From the NCBI GenBank assembly GCA_964016885.1, contig OZ024740.1:4340001-4404000 (forward strand): a stretch of 64,000 bases of DNA, read 5' to 3'. Below are positions 1 through 14,760 of the stretch, piece by piece. Below the pieces are notes generated by a model that was given only the letters and a program-made list of their open reading frames with translations, was not told where the DNA came from and did not search any database. Each line of letters begins with the position of its first letter. Position 1 is the stretch's first letter. The position numbers were made by a program, and so were the translations under genes. The DNA comes from Eledone cirrhosa (lineage: Eukaryota).

Positions 1-3000
1 GTCAGTACTAGACTGGTACTTTATCAACCTAGATAGTAGGTCAGTACTAGACTGGTACTTTATCAACCTAGATAGTATGTCAGTACTAGACTGGTACTTT
101 ATCAACCTAGATAGTATATCAGTACTAGACTGGTACTTTATCAACCTAGATAGTATATCAGTACTAGACTGGTACTTTATCAACTAGATAGTATGTCAGT
201 ACTAGACTGGTACTTTATCAACTAGATAGTATGTCAGTACTAGACTGGTACTTTATCAACCTAGATAGTATGTCAGTACTAGACTGGTACTTTATCAACC
301 TAGATAGTATGTCAGTAGTAGACTGGTACTTTATCAACCTAGATAGTATGTCAGTAGTAGACTGGTACTTTATCAACTAGATAGTATGTCAGTAGTAGAC
401 TGGTACTTTATCAACCTAGATAGTATGTCAATACTAGACTGGTACTTTATCAACCTAGATAGTATGTCAGTACTAGACTGGTTCTTTATCAACCTAGATA
501 GTATATCAGTACTAGACTGGTACTTTATCAACTAGATAGTATGTCAGTACTAGACTGGTACCTTATCAACCTAGATAGTATGTCAGTAGTAGACTGGTAC
601 TTTATCAACTAGATAGTATGTCAGTACTAGACTGGTACTTTATCAACAACATACTATGTCAGTACTAGACTGGTACTTTCCCAACTTAGATAGTATGTCA
701 GTACTAGACTGGTACTTTATCAACTAGATAGTATGTCAGTACTAGACTGGTACTTTATCAACCTAGATAGTATGTCAGTACTAGACTGGTACTTTATCAA
801 CCTAGATAGAATGTCAGTAGTAGACTGGTACTTTATCAACTATATAGTATGTCAGTACTAGACTGGTACTTTATCAACCTAGATAGTATATCAGTACTAG
901 ACTGGTACTTTATCAACCTAGATAGTATGTCAGTACTAGATTGGTACTTTATCAACCTAGATAGTATGTCAATACTAGACTGGTACTTTATCAACTATAT
1001 AGTATGTCAGTACTAGACTGGTACTTTATCAACCTAGATAGTATGTCAGTACTAGACTGGTACTTTATCAAACTAGATAGTATGTCAGTACTAGACTGGT
1101 ATTTTATCAACCTAGATAGTATGTCAGTACTAGACTGGTACTTTATCAAACTAGATAGCATGTCAGTACTAGACTGGTACTTTATCAACCTAGATAGTAT
1201 GTCAGTACTAGACTGGTACTTTATCAACTAGATAGTATGTCAGTACTAGACTGGTACTTTATCAACTAGATAGTATGTCAGTAGTAGACTGGTACTTTAT
1301 CAACCTAGATAGTATGTCAGTACTAGACTGGTACTTTATCAACCTAGATAGTATGTCAGTACTAGACTGGTACTTTATCAACCTAGATAGTATGTCAGTA
1401 CTAGACTGGTACTTTATCAAACTAGATAGTATGTCAGTACTAGACTGGTACTTTATCAACCTAGATAGTATATCAGTACTAGACTGGTACTTTATCAACC
1501 TAGATAGTATGTCAGTACTAGACTGGTACTTTATCAACCTAGATAGTATGTCAGTACTAGACTGGTACTTTATCAACCTAGATAGTATGTCAGTACTAGA
1601 CTGGTACGTTATCAACTAGATAGTATGTCAGTACTAGACTGGTACTCTATCAACTTAGATATTATGTCAGTAATAGACTGGTACTTTATCAACTAGATAG
1701 TATGTCAGTACTAGACTGGTACTTTATCAACCTAGATAGTATGTCAGTAGTAGACTGGTACTTTATCAACCTAGATAGTATGTCAGTACTAGACTGGTAC
1801 TTTATTAACTATATAGTATGTCAGTACTAGACTGGTACTTTATCAACAAGATAGTATGTCAGTTCTAGACTGGTACTTTATCAACCTAGATAGTATGTCA
1901 GTACTAGAGTGGTACGTTATCAACCTAGATAGTATGTCAGTACTAGACTGATACTTTATCAACTATATAGTATGTCAGTACTAGACTGGTACTTTATCAA
2001 CCTAGATAGTAGGTCAGTACTAGACTGGTACTTTATCAACCTAGATAGTATGTCAGTACTAGACTGGTACTTTATCAACCTAGATAGTATATCAGTACTA
2101 GACTCGTACTTTACCAACTAGATAGTATGTCAGTACTAGACTGGTACTTTATCAACTAGATAGTATGTCAGTACTAGACTGGTACTTTATCAACTAGATA
2201 GTATGTCAGTACTAGACTGGTACTTTATCAACCTAGATAGTATGTCAGTACTAGACTGGTACTTTATCAACCTAGATAGTATGTCAGTAGTAGACTGGTA
2301 CTTTATCAACCTAGATAGTATGTCAGTAGTAGACTGGTACTTTATCAACTAGATAGTATGTCAGTAGTAGACTGGTACTTTATCAACCTAGATAGTATGT
2401 CAATACTAGACTGGTACTTTATCAACCTAGATAGTATGTCAGTACTAGACTGGTTCTTTATCAACCTAGATAGTATATCAGTACTAGACTGGTACTTTAT
2501 CAACTAGATAGTATGTCAGTACTAGACTGGTACCTTATCAACCTAGATAGTATGTCAGTAGTAGACTGGTACTTTATCAACTAGATAGTATGTCAGTACT
2601 AGACTGGTACTTTATCAACAACATACTATGTCAGTACTAGACTGGTACTTTCCCAACCTAGATAGTATGTCAGTACTAGACTGGTACTTTATCAACTAGA
2701 TAGTATGTCAGTACTAGACTGGTACTTTATCAACCTAGATAGTATGTCAGTACTAGACTGGTACTTTATCAACCTAGATACAATGTCAGTAGTAGACTGG
2801 TACTTTATCAACTATATAGTATGTCAGTACTAGACTGGTACTTTATCAACCTAGATAGTATATCAGTACTAGACTGGTACTTTATCAACCTAGATAGTAT
2901 GTCAGTACTAGATTGGTACTTTATCAACCTAGATAGTATGTCAATACTAGACTGGTACTTTATCAACTATATAGTATGTCAGTACTAGACTGGTACTTTA

Positions 3001-6000
3001 TCAACCTAGATAGTATGTCAGTACTAGACTGGTTCTTTATCAACCTAGATAGTATATCAGTACTAGACTGGTACTTTATCAACTAGATAGTATGTCAGTA
3101 CTAGACTGGTACCTTATCAACCTAGATAGTATGTCAGTAGTAGACTGGTACTTTATCAACTAGATAGTATGTCAGTACTAGACTGGTACTTTATCAACAA
3201 CATACTATGTCAGTACTAGACTGGTACTTTCCCAACCTAGATAGTATGTCAGTACTAGACTGGTACTTTATCAACTAGATAGTATGTCAGTACTAGACTG
3301 GTACTTTATCAACCTAGATAGTATGTCAGTACTAGACTGGTACTTTATCAACCTAGATAGAATGTCAGTAGTAGACTGGTACTTTATCAACTATATAGTA
3401 TGTCAGTACTAGACTGGTACTTTATCAACCTAGATAGTATATCAGTACTAGACTGGTACTTTATCAACCTAGATAGTATGTCAGTACTAGATTGGTACTT
3501 TATCAACCTAGATAGTATGTCAATACTAGACTGGTACTTTATCAACTATATAGTATGTCAGTACTAGACTGGTACTTTATCAACCTAGATAGTATGTCAG
3601 TACTAGACTGGTACTTTATCAAACTAGATAGTATGTCAGTACTAGACTGGTATTTTATCAACCTAGATAGTATGTCAGTACTAGACTGGTACTTTATCAA
3701 ACTAGATAGCATGTCAGTACTAGACTGGTACTTTATCAACCTAGATAGTATGTCAGTACTAGACTGGTACTTTATCAACTAGATAGTATGTCAGTACTAG
3801 ACTGGTACTTTATCAACTAGATAGTATGTCAGTAGTAGACTGGTACTTTATCAACCTAGATAGTATGTCAGTACTAGACTGGTACTTTATCAACCTAGAT
3901 AGTATGTCAGTACTAGACTGGTACTTTATCAACCTAGATAGTATGTCAGTACTAGACTGGTACTTTATCAAACTAGATAGTATGTCAGTACTAGACTGGT
4001 ACTTTATCAACCTAGATAGTATATCAGTACTAGACTGGTATTTTATCAACCTAGATAGTATGTCAGTACTAGACTGGTACTTTATCAACCTAGATAGTAT
4101 GTCAGTACTAGACTGGTACTTTATCAACCTAGATAGTATGTCAGTACTAGACTGGTACTTTATCAACCTAGATAGTATGTCAGTACTAGACTGGTACGTT
4201 ATCAACTAGATAGTATGTCAGTACTAGACTGGTACTCTATCAACTTAGATATTATGTCAGTAATAGACTGGTACTTTATCAACTAGATAGTATGTCAGTA
4301 CTAGACTGGTACTTTATCAACCTAGATAGTATGTCAGTAGTAGACTGGTACTTTATCAACCTAGATAGTATGTCAGTACTAGACTGGTACTTTATTAACT
4401 ATATAGTATGTCAGTACTAGACTGGTACTTTATCAACAAGATAGTATGTCAGTTCTAGACTGGTACTTTATCAACCTAGATAGTATGTCAGTACTAGAGT
4501 GGTACGTTATCAACATAGATAGTATGTCAGTACTAGACTGATACTTTATCAACTATATAGTATGTCAGTACTAGACTGGTACTTTATCAACCTAGATAGT
4601 ATGTCAGTACTAGACTGGTACTTTATCAACTATATAGTATGTCAGTACTAGACTGGTACTTTATCAACCTAGATAGTATGTCAGTACTAGACCGGTACTT
4701 TATCGACTAGATAGTATGTCAGTACTAGACTGGTACTTTATCGACTAGATAGTATGTCAGTACTAGAAGACTGGTACTTTATCAACCTAGATAGTATGTC
4801 AGTACTAGACTGGTACTTTATCAACTTAGATATTATGTCAGTAGTAGACTGGTACTTTATCAACTAGATATTATGTCAGTACTAGACTGGTACTTTATCA
4901 ACTAGATAGTATGTCAGTACTAGACTGGTACTTTATCAACCTAGATAGTATGTCAGTAGTAGACTGGTACTTTATCAACCTAGATAGTATGTCAGTACTA
5001 GACTGGTACTTTATCAACCTAGATAGTATGTCAGTACTAGACTGGTACTTTATCAACCTAGATAGTATGTCAGTACTAGACTGGTACTTTATCAACCTAG
5101 ATAGTATGTCAGTACTAGACTGGTACTTTATCAACCTAGATAGTATGTCAGTACTAGACTGGTACTTTATCAACTAGATAGTATGTCAGTACTAGACTGG
5201 TACTTTATCAACCTAGATAGTATGTCAGTAGTAGACTGGTACTTTATCAACTAGATATTATGTCAGTACTAGACTGGTACTTTATCAACTAGATAGTATG
5301 TCAGTACTAGACTGGTACTTTATCAACCTAGATAGTATGTCAGTAGTAGACTGGTACTTTATCAACCTAGATAGTATGTCAGTAGTAGACTGGTACTTTA
5401 TCAACTAGATAGTATGTCAGTAGTAGACTGGTACTTTATCAACCTAGATAGTATGTCAATACTAGACTGGTACTTTATCAACCTAGATAGTATGTCAGTA
5501 CTAGACTGGTTCTTTATCAACCTAGATAGTATATCAGTACTAGACTGGTACTTTATCAACTAGAGAGTATGTCAGTACTAGACTGGTACCTTATCAACCT
5601 AGATAGTATGTCAGTAGTAGACTGGTACTTTATCAACTAGATAGTATGTCAGTACTAGACTGTTACTTTATCAACAACATACTATGTCAGTACTAGACTG
5701 GTACTTTACCAACCTAGATAGTATGTCAGTACTAGACTGGTACTTTATCAACTAGATAGTATGTCAGTACTAGACTGGTACTTTATCAACCTAGATAGTA
5801 TGTCAGTACTAGACTGGTACTTTATCAACCTAGATAGAATGTCAGTAGTAGACTGGTACTTTATCAACTAGATAGTATGTCAGTACTAGACTGGTACTTT
5901 ATCAACCTAGATAGTATGTCAGAACTAGACTGGTACTTTATCAACTAGATAGTATGTCAGTACTAGACTGGTACTTTATCAACCTAGATAGTATGTCAGT

Positions 6001-9000
6001 ACTAGTCTGGTACTTTATCAACCTAGATGGTATGTCAGTACTAGACTGGTACTTTATCAACTAGATAGTATGTCAGTACTAGACTGGTACTTTATCAACC
6101 TAGATAGTATGTCAGTACTAGTCTGGTACTTTATCAACCTAGAGAGTATGTCAGTACTAGAGGTGGTACTTTATCAACTAGATAGTATGTCAGTACTAGA
6201 CTGGTACTTTATCAACCTAGATAGTATGTCAGTACTAGACTGGTACTTTATCAACTAGATAGTATGTCAGTACTAGACTGGTACTTTATCACCCTAGATA
6301 GTATGTCAGTACTAGACTAGTATTTTATCAACTAGATAGTATGTCAGTACTAGACTGGTACTTTATCAACCTAGATAGTATGTCAGTACTAGTCTGATAC
6401 TTTATCAACCTAGAGAGTATGTCAGTACTAGACTGGTACTTTATCAACTAGATAGTATGTCAGTACTAGACTGGTACTTTATCAACCTAGATAGTATGTC
6501 AGTACTAGACTGGTACTTTATCAACTAGATAGTATGTCAGTACTAGACTGGTACTTTATCACCCTAGATAGTATGTCAGTACTAGACTAGTATTTTATCA
6601 ACTAGATAGTATGTCAGTACTAGACTGGTACTTTATCACCCTAGATAGTATGTCAGTACTAGACTAGTACTTTATCAACCTAGATAGTATGTCAGTAGTA
6701 GACAGGTACTTTATCAACTAGATAGTATGTCAGTACTAGACTGGTACTTTATCACCCTAGATAGTATGTCAGTACTAGACTGGTATTTTATCAACCTAGA
6801 TAGTATGTCAGTACTAGACTGGTACTTTATCAACTAGATAGTATGTCAGTACTAGACTGGTACTTCATCAACCTAGATAGTATGTCAGTACTAGACTGGT
6901 ACTTTATCAACCTAGATGGTATGTCAGTACTAGACTCGTACTTTATCAACTAGATAGTATGTCAGTACTAGACTGGTACTTTATCAACCTAGATAGTATG
7001 TCAGTACTAGACTGGTACTTTATCAACCTAGATAGTATGTCAGTACTAGACTGGTACTTTATCAACCTAGATCGTATATCAGTACTAGACTGGTACTTTA
7101 TCAACCTAGATAGTATATCAGTACTAGACTGGTACTTTATCAACTAGATAGTATGTCAGTACTAGACTGGTACTTTATCAACTAGATAGTATGTCAGTAC
7201 TAGACTGGTACTTTATCAACCTAGATAGTATGTCAGTACTAGACTGGTACTTTATCAACCTAGATAGTATGTCAGTAGTAGACTGGTACTTTATCAACCT
7301 AGATAGTATGTCAGTAGTAGACTGGTACTTTATCAACTAGATAGTATGTCAGTAGTAGACTGGTACTTTATCAACCTAGATAGTATGTCAATACTAGACT
7401 GGTACTTTATCAACCTAGATAGTATGTCAGTACTAGACTGGTTCTTTATCAACCTAGATAGTATATCAGTACTAGACTGGTACTTTATCAACTAGATAGT
7501 ATGTCAGTACTAGACTGGTACCTTATCAACCTAGATAGTATGTCAGTAGTAGACTGGTACTTTATCAACTAGATAGTATGTCAGTACTAGATTGGTACTT
7601 TATCAACAACATACTATGTCAGTACTAGACTGGTACTTTACCAACCTAGATAGTATGTCAGTACTAGACTGGTACTTTATCAACTAGATAGTATGTCAGT
7701 ACTAGACTGGTACTTTATCAACCTAGATAGTATGTCAGTACTAGACTGGTACTTTATCAACCTAGATAGAATGTCAGTAGTAGACTGGTACTTTATCAAC
7801 TATATAGTATGTCAGTACTAGACTGGTACTTTATCAACCTAGATAGTATATCAGTACTAGACTGGTACTTTATCAACCTAGATAGTATGTCAGTACTAGA
7901 TTGGTATTTTATCAACCTAGATAGTATGTCAATACTAGACTGGTACTTTATCAACTATATAGTATGTCAGTACTAGACTGGTACTTTATCAACCTAGATA
8001 GTATGTCAGTACTAGACTGGTACTTTATCAAACTAGATAGTATGTCAGTACTAGACTGGTATTTTATCAACCTAGATAGTATGTCAGTACTAGACTGGTA
8101 CTTTATCAAACTAGATAGCATGTCAGTACTAGACTGGTACTTTATCAACCTAGATAGTATGTCAGTACTAGACTGGTACTTTATCAACTAGATAGTATGT
8201 CAGTACTAGACTGGTACTTTATCAACTAGATAGTATGTCAGTAGTAGACTGGTACTTTATCAACCTAGATAGTATGTCAGTACTAGACTGGTACTTTATC
8301 AACCTAGATAGTATGTCAGTACTAGACTGGTACTTTATCAAACTAGATAGTATGTCAGTACTAGACTGGTACTTTATCAACCTAGATAGTATATCGGTAC
8401 TAGACTGGTACTTTATCAACCTAGATAGTATGTCAGTACTAGACTGGTACTTTATCAACCTAGATAGTATGTCAGTACTAGACTGGTACTTTATCAACCT
8501 AGATAGTATGTCAGTACTAGACTGGTACTTTATCAACCTAGATAGTATGTCAGTACTAGACTGGTACTTTATCAACTAGATAGTATGTCAGTACTAGACT
8601 GGTACTTTATCACCCTAGATAGTATGTCAGTACTAGACTGGTATTTTATCAACCTAGATAGTATGTCAGTACTAGACTGGTACTTTATCAACTAGATAGT
8701 ATGTCAGTACTAGACTGGTACTTCATCAACCTAGATAGTATGTCAGTACTAGACTGGTACTTTATCAACCTAGATGGTATGTCAGTACTAGACTCGTACT
8801 TTATCAACTAGATAGTATGTCAGTACTAGACTGGTACTTTATCAACCTAGATAGTATGTCAGTACTAGACTGGTACTTTATCAACCTAGATAGTATGTCA
8901 GTACTAGACTGGTACTTTATCAACCTAGATAGTATATCAGTACTAGACTGGTACTTTATCAACCTAGATAGTATATCAGTACTAGACTGGTACTTTATCA

Positions 9001-12000
9001 ACTAGATAGTATGTCAGTACTAGACTGGTACTTTATCAACTAGATAGTATGTCAGTACTAGACTGGTACTTTATCAACCTAGATAGTATGTCAGTACTAG
9101 ACTGGTACTTTATCAACCTAGATAGTATGTCAGTAGTAGACTGGTACTTTATCAACCTAGATAGTATGTCAGTAGTAGACTGGTACTTTATCAACTAGAT
9201 AGTATGTCAGTAGTAGACTGGTACTTTATCAACCTAGATAGTATGTCAATACTAGACTGGTACTTTATCAACCTAGATAGTATGTCAGTACTAGACTGGT
9301 TCTTTATCAACCTAGATAGTATATCAGTACTAGACTGGTACTTTATCAACTAGATAGTATGTCAGTACTAGACTGGTACCTTATCAACCTAGATAGTATG
9401 TCAGTAGTAGACTGGTACTTTATCAACTAGATAGTATGTCAGTACTAGACTGGTACTTTATCAACAACATACTATGTCAGTTCTAGACTGGTACTTTACC
9501 AACCTAGATAGTATGTCAGTACTAGACTGGTACTTTATCAACTAGATAGTATGTCAGTACTAGACTGGTACTTTATCAACCTAGATAGTATGTCAGTACT
9601 AGACTGGTACTTTATCAACCTAGATAGAATGTCAGTAGTAGACTGGTACTTTATCAACTATATAGTATGTCAGTACTAGACTGGTACTTTATCAACCTAG
9701 ATAGTATATCAGTACTAGACTGGTACTTTATCAACCTAGATAGTATGTCAGTACTAGATTGGTACTTTATCAACCTAGATAGTATGTCAATACTAGACTG
9801 GTACTTTATCAACTATATAGTATGTCAGTACTAGACTGGTACTTTATCAACCTAGATAGTATGTCAGTACTAGACTGGTACTTTATCAAACTAGATAGCA
9901 TGTCAGTACTAGACTGGTATTTTATCAACCTAGATAGTATGTCAGTACTAGACTGGTACTTTATCAAACTAGATAGCATGTCAGTACTAGACTGGTACTT
10001 TATCAACCTAGATAGTATGTCAGTACTAGACTGGTACTTTATCAACTAGATAGTATGTCAGTACTAGACTGGTACTTTATCAACTAGATAGTATGTCAGT
10101 AGTAGACTGGTACTTTATCAACCTAGATAGTATGTCAGTACTAGACTGGTACTTTATCAACCTAGATAGTATGTCAGTACTAGACTGGTACTTTATCAAA
10201 CTAGATAGTATGTCAATACTAGACTGGTACTTTATCAACCTAGATAGTATATCAGTACTAGACTGGTACTTTATCAACCTAGATAGTATGTCAGTACTAG
10301 ACTGGTACTTTATCAACCTAGATAGTATGTCAGTACTAGACTGGTACTTTATCAACCTAGATAGTATGTCAGTACTAGACTGGTACTTTATCAACCTAGA
10401 TAGTATGTCAGTACTAGACTGGTACTTTATCAACTAGATAGTATGTCAGTACTAGACTGGTACTCTATCAACTTAGATATTATGTCAGTAGTAGACTGGT
10501 ACTTTATCAACTAGATAGTATGTCAGTACTAGACTGGTACTTTATCAACCTAGATAGTATGTCAGTAGTAGACTGGTACTTTATCAACCTAGATAGTATG
10601 TCAGTACTAGACTGGTACTTTATTAACTATATAGTATGTCAGTACTAGACTGGTACTTTATCAACTAGATAGTATGTCAGTACTAGACTGGTACTTTATC
10701 AACAAGATAGTATGTCAGTTCTAGACTGGTACTTTATCAACCTAGATAGTATGTCAGTACTAGAGTGGTACGTTATCAACCTAGATAGTATGTCAGTACT
10801 AGACTGATACTTTATCAACTATATAGTATGTCAGTACTAGACTGGTACTTTATCAACCTAGATAGTATGTCAGTACTAGACTGGTACTTTATCAACTAGA
10901 TAGTATGTCAGTACTAGACTGGTACTTTATCAACCTAGATAGTATGTCAGTACTAGATCGGTACTTTATCGACTAGATAGTATGTCAGTACTAGACTGGT
11001 ACTTTATCGACTAGATAGTATGTCAGTACTAGAAGACTGGTACTTTATCTACCTAGATAGTATGTCAGTACTAGACTGGTACTTTATCAACTTAGATATT
11101 ATGTCAGTAGTAGACTGGTACTTTATCAACTAGATATTATGTCAGTACTAGACTGGTACTTTATCAACTAGATAGTATGTCAGTACTAGACTGGTACTTT
11201 ATCAACCTAGATAGTATGTCAGTAGTAGACTGGTACTTTATCAACCTAGATAGTATGTCAGTACTAGACTGGTACTTTATCAACCTAGATAGTATGTCAG
11301 TACTAGACTGGTACTTTATCAACCTAGATAGTATGTCAGTACTAGACTGGTACTTTATCAACCTAGATAGTATGTCAGTACTAGACTGGTACTTTATCAA
11401 CCTAGATAGTATGTCAGTACTAGACTGGTACTTTATCAACTAGATAGTATGTCAGTACTAGACTGGTACTTTATCAACCTAGATAGTATGTCAGTAGTAG
11501 ACTGGTACTTTATCAACTAGATATTATGTCAGTACTAGACTGGTACTTTATCAACTAGATAGTATGTCAGTACTAGACTGGTACTTTATCAACCTAGATA
11601 GTATGTCAATACTAGACTGGTACTTTATCAACCTAGATAGTATGTCAGTACTAGACTGGTTCTTTATTAACCTAGATAGTATATCAGTACTAGACTGGTA
11701 CTTTATCAACTAGATAGTATGTCAGTACTAGACTGGTACTTTATCAACCTAGATAGTATGTCAGTACTAGACTGGTACTTTATCAACTAGATAGTATGTC
11801 AGTACTAGACTGGTACTCTATCAACTTAGATATTATGTCAGTAGTAGACTGGTACTTTATCAACTAGATAGTATGTCAGTACTAGACTGGTACTTTATCA
11901 ACCTAGATAGTATGTCAGTAGTAGACTGGTACTTTATCAACCTAGATAGTATGTCAGTACTAGACTGGTACTTTATCAACCTAGATAGTATGTCAGTACT

Positions 12001-12996
12001 AGACTGGTACTTTATCAACTAGATAGTATGTCAGTACTAGACTGGTACTCTATCAACTTAGATATTATGTCAGTAGTAGACTGGTACTTTATCAACTAGA
12101 TAGTATGTCAGTACTAGACTGGTACTTTATCAACCTAGATAGTATGTCAGTAGTAGACTGGTACTTTATCAACCTAGATAGTATGTCAGTATTAGACTGG
12201 TACTTTATCAACCTAGAGAGTATGTCAGTACTAGACTGGTACTTTATCAACTAGATAGTATGTCAGTACTAGACTGGTACTTTATCAAACTAGATAGTAT
12301 GTCAGTAGTAGACTGGTACTTTATCAACTAGATATTATGTCAGTACTAGACTGGTACTTTATCAACTAGATAGTATGTCAGTACTAGACTGGTACTTTAT
12401 CAACCTAGATAGTATGTCAGTACTAGACTGGTACTTTATCAACCTAGATAGTATGTCAGTACTAGACTGGTACTTTATCAACTAGATAGTATGTCAGTAC
12501 TAGATTGGTACTTTATCAACTAGATAGTATGTCAGTACTAGACTGGTACTTTATCAACCTAGATAGTATGTCAGTAGTAGACTGGTACTTTATCAACCTA
12601 GATAGTATGTCAGTACTAGACTGGTACTTTATCAACCTAGATAGTATGTCAGTACTAGACTGGTACTTTATCAACCTAGATAGTATGTCTGTACTAGACT
12701 GGTACTTTATCAACTAGATAGTATGTCAGTACTAGATTGGTACTTTATCAACTAGATAGTATGTCAGTACTAGACTGGTACTTTATCAACCTAGATAGTA
12801 AGTCAGTACTAGACTGGTACTTTATCAACTAGATAGTATGTCAGTACTAGACTGGTACTTTATTAACCTAGATAGTATGTCAGTAGTAGACTGGTACTTT
12901 ATCAACTAGATAGTATGTCAATCCTAGACTGGTACTTTATCAACCTAGATAGTATGTCAGTACTAGACTGGTACTTTATCAACCTAGATAGTATGT
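1..12996. repeat. Satellite 1: tandem array of a 38/39-bp monomer (GTCAGTACTAGACTGGTACTTTATCAAC[C]TAGATAGTAT), roughly 335 copies, runs off the left edge
   Basis: Monomer read directly. A 1-bp C indel gives 38 vs 39 bp units. The periodic 13-aa ORFs (MSVLDWYFINLDS) reflect the 39-bp period. Confidence 0.98.
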
Positions 12997-13190
12997 AGAA
13001 GGCCAAATATTGCAATATATTTCGTGACATACTAATGATTCTACCAAATGACCTCCCTCGTCAGTCCAAAACAAATACTGCAAGGCACCTCATCTAACGC
13101 ACTAATTATTCTACCAATTCACCTCCCTCCTCAGTCCAAAACAAATACTGCAAGGTATTTCATCCAACACTAACATCTTAACCAACTTCC
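12997..13190 (-). mobile_element. Degenerate tRNA-SINE head remnants, about 3 copies with a 70-bp period, abutting satellite 1
   Basis: ACTAAT(G/T)ATTCTACCAA..ACCTCCCTC.TCAGTCCAAAACAAATACTGCAAGG occurs at 13031 and 13101. Its reverse complement (GGTGAATTGGTAGAATAATTAG..GCCTTGCAGTATTT) resembles the SINE heads at 20845 and 21065. Confidence 0.55.
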
Positions 13191-13224
13191 TCCATTTTTA
13201 TAACTAACATACAGTTCTTTTCAG

Positions 13225-13390
13225 ATATCAAGCTACAAGCCGGTCCTTCATTCCAGAATCAAATATCAATAACCACCGGGACTCCGAAGAAGAAATACGT
13301 ATAAAATATAAAAAATGTAAAGAAGACATCAACAGCTTTTCAGAAGTTCTAGATACGAGATTCACTATTGCAAACATAGAGGGGAAATAA
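13225..13390 (+). other. Possible orphan coding exon (54 codons, YQATSRSFIPESNINNHRDSEEEIRIKYKKCKEDINSFSEVLDTRFTIANIEGK*)
   Basis: Preceded by a CTAAC branch-like motif and a TTCTTTTCAG acceptor. Non-repetitive sequence with an open frame to TAA at 13388-13390. No homology recognised. Confidence 0.2.
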
Positions 13391-13547
13391 TCGGCAAATA
13401 TTGAGTTAATAAGCAGCAAAATAAGTCATGAGATTAGATTTAGTTTATTCTAGAGCAGGTCCAGTCCTTTTCAAACAGCTAAGATGAGAACAAGTTGATA
13501 TTTCTTTAGACTATAAAATTGATTTCTGTATATATATATATATATAC

Positions 13548-13863
13548 TACCCTTTCTCTGTAAAGTTATGTTGGTACCACAATATCCAGTCAAAATAAAT
13601 GAGGTTGTGTAGGTGTCATGACAAAAAAACACACAGTCCACGCTATAATGTGGCCGTGTAGGTAACATGGTAAAAACCTCCGAGTCCACACGTGGCTGTT
13701 GTTAGGAAAGGCATCCAGCCATAGAAAACTTGCCAAATAGTCCTGTATGAGCGAGACACGGTCACCCGACCAATCTTGCTTCAAGTGGGACAATTCCCGT
13801 CTAAACCCATGCTAGCGTGGAAGATAGACGTTAAATGATGATGATGAGGATGATGTTGATGAT
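13548..13863 (+). mobile_element. RTE LINE 3'-UTR fragment (subfamily A-like) with (GAT)n tail
   Basis: Similar to the 3' UTR at 30470-30763. Ends ...GACGTTAAATGATGATGATG and is flanked by (TA)n on both sides. Confidence 0.85.
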
Positions 13864-14159
13864 ATATATATATATATAGTTTAATGGTGTGTAACTTTAT
13901 ATTACTATTGCTTCACCAGTTTGAGCCCTCCATACATAAGTGAGTCTGGTTTACTATGTGGTATTGCTTATATATAACAATATATGAGCTTATAGTGTAA
14001 TACTTCACTATTTTTATAGGTGAGATGATATAAGCTTGATGTACTTTACTGTTCTTCAGGAGTGAAAACTGGATGAATTAAAGGCAGTTCTGCTAGAAGA
14101 GTATTTACAATTCAAATATTAAGAAAGCCAAGGATAGAATATTATTATTCATTTATTTA

Positions 14160-14650
14160 TACTATCCTTGGTCATCAGGCATCTACCATACTCTGAATGC
14201 CTTGCTTCCCTAGGCATGGATACATTGAAGCTCCGACATCTGGCAACTGACTTGGTAAACACCCACAAAGTTATTAACCATCTTTCCAATAACAACCCTG
14301 AGTACCTTTTTGATTTCCATGTGTCTAACACACGTGGACATGCTTACAAAATCAGAAAACAGCACAGCTCCCATGACTTTCGGAACATTTTTTTTCACGC
14401 TCAGAGTTACTGAAGCATGGAACAAACTACTTGCATCAGTTGTTAGGTGTCGAGACACTGCATCCTTTAAAACCTCACTACTTCCTGAGATTCGCCAACA
14501 CTACACCTAATATTCCCCCTCCATACACATACACACATGTATATCATGACTCATACACTATTCACTTCCCTGACATTTGTATATTATTCTATACATGCAC
14601 CTTTGATGAGTTGTAGTGCACCTGAGTACTGTATAATTTTCATTATTATT
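14160..14650 (+). mobile_element. CR1-type LINE 3' fragment (ORF2 C-terminus plus 3' UTR), frameshifted
   Basis: Translation LPYSECLASLGMDTLKLR...NTRGHAYKI...FF/TLRVTEAWNKL matches typical CR1/L2-group ORF2 C-terminal motifs (TRGH, RV..WN.L). Ends in CATTATTATT. Confidence 0.8.
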
Positions 14651-14760
14651 TTGTCATTATATGATATATATCATATATGATGATATATATATCATATATA
14701 TGGTATATATCATATATGATAATATATCATAATATATGATATATCATCATATATGATAAT

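Noticed and set aside
991-12717. Repetitive ORFs (MSVLDWYFINLDS / IKYQSSTDILSRL) as repeat proteins
   Set aside because: They arise from runs of 39-bp monomers on both strands and are broken by every 38-bp unit. There is no sign of frame preservation.
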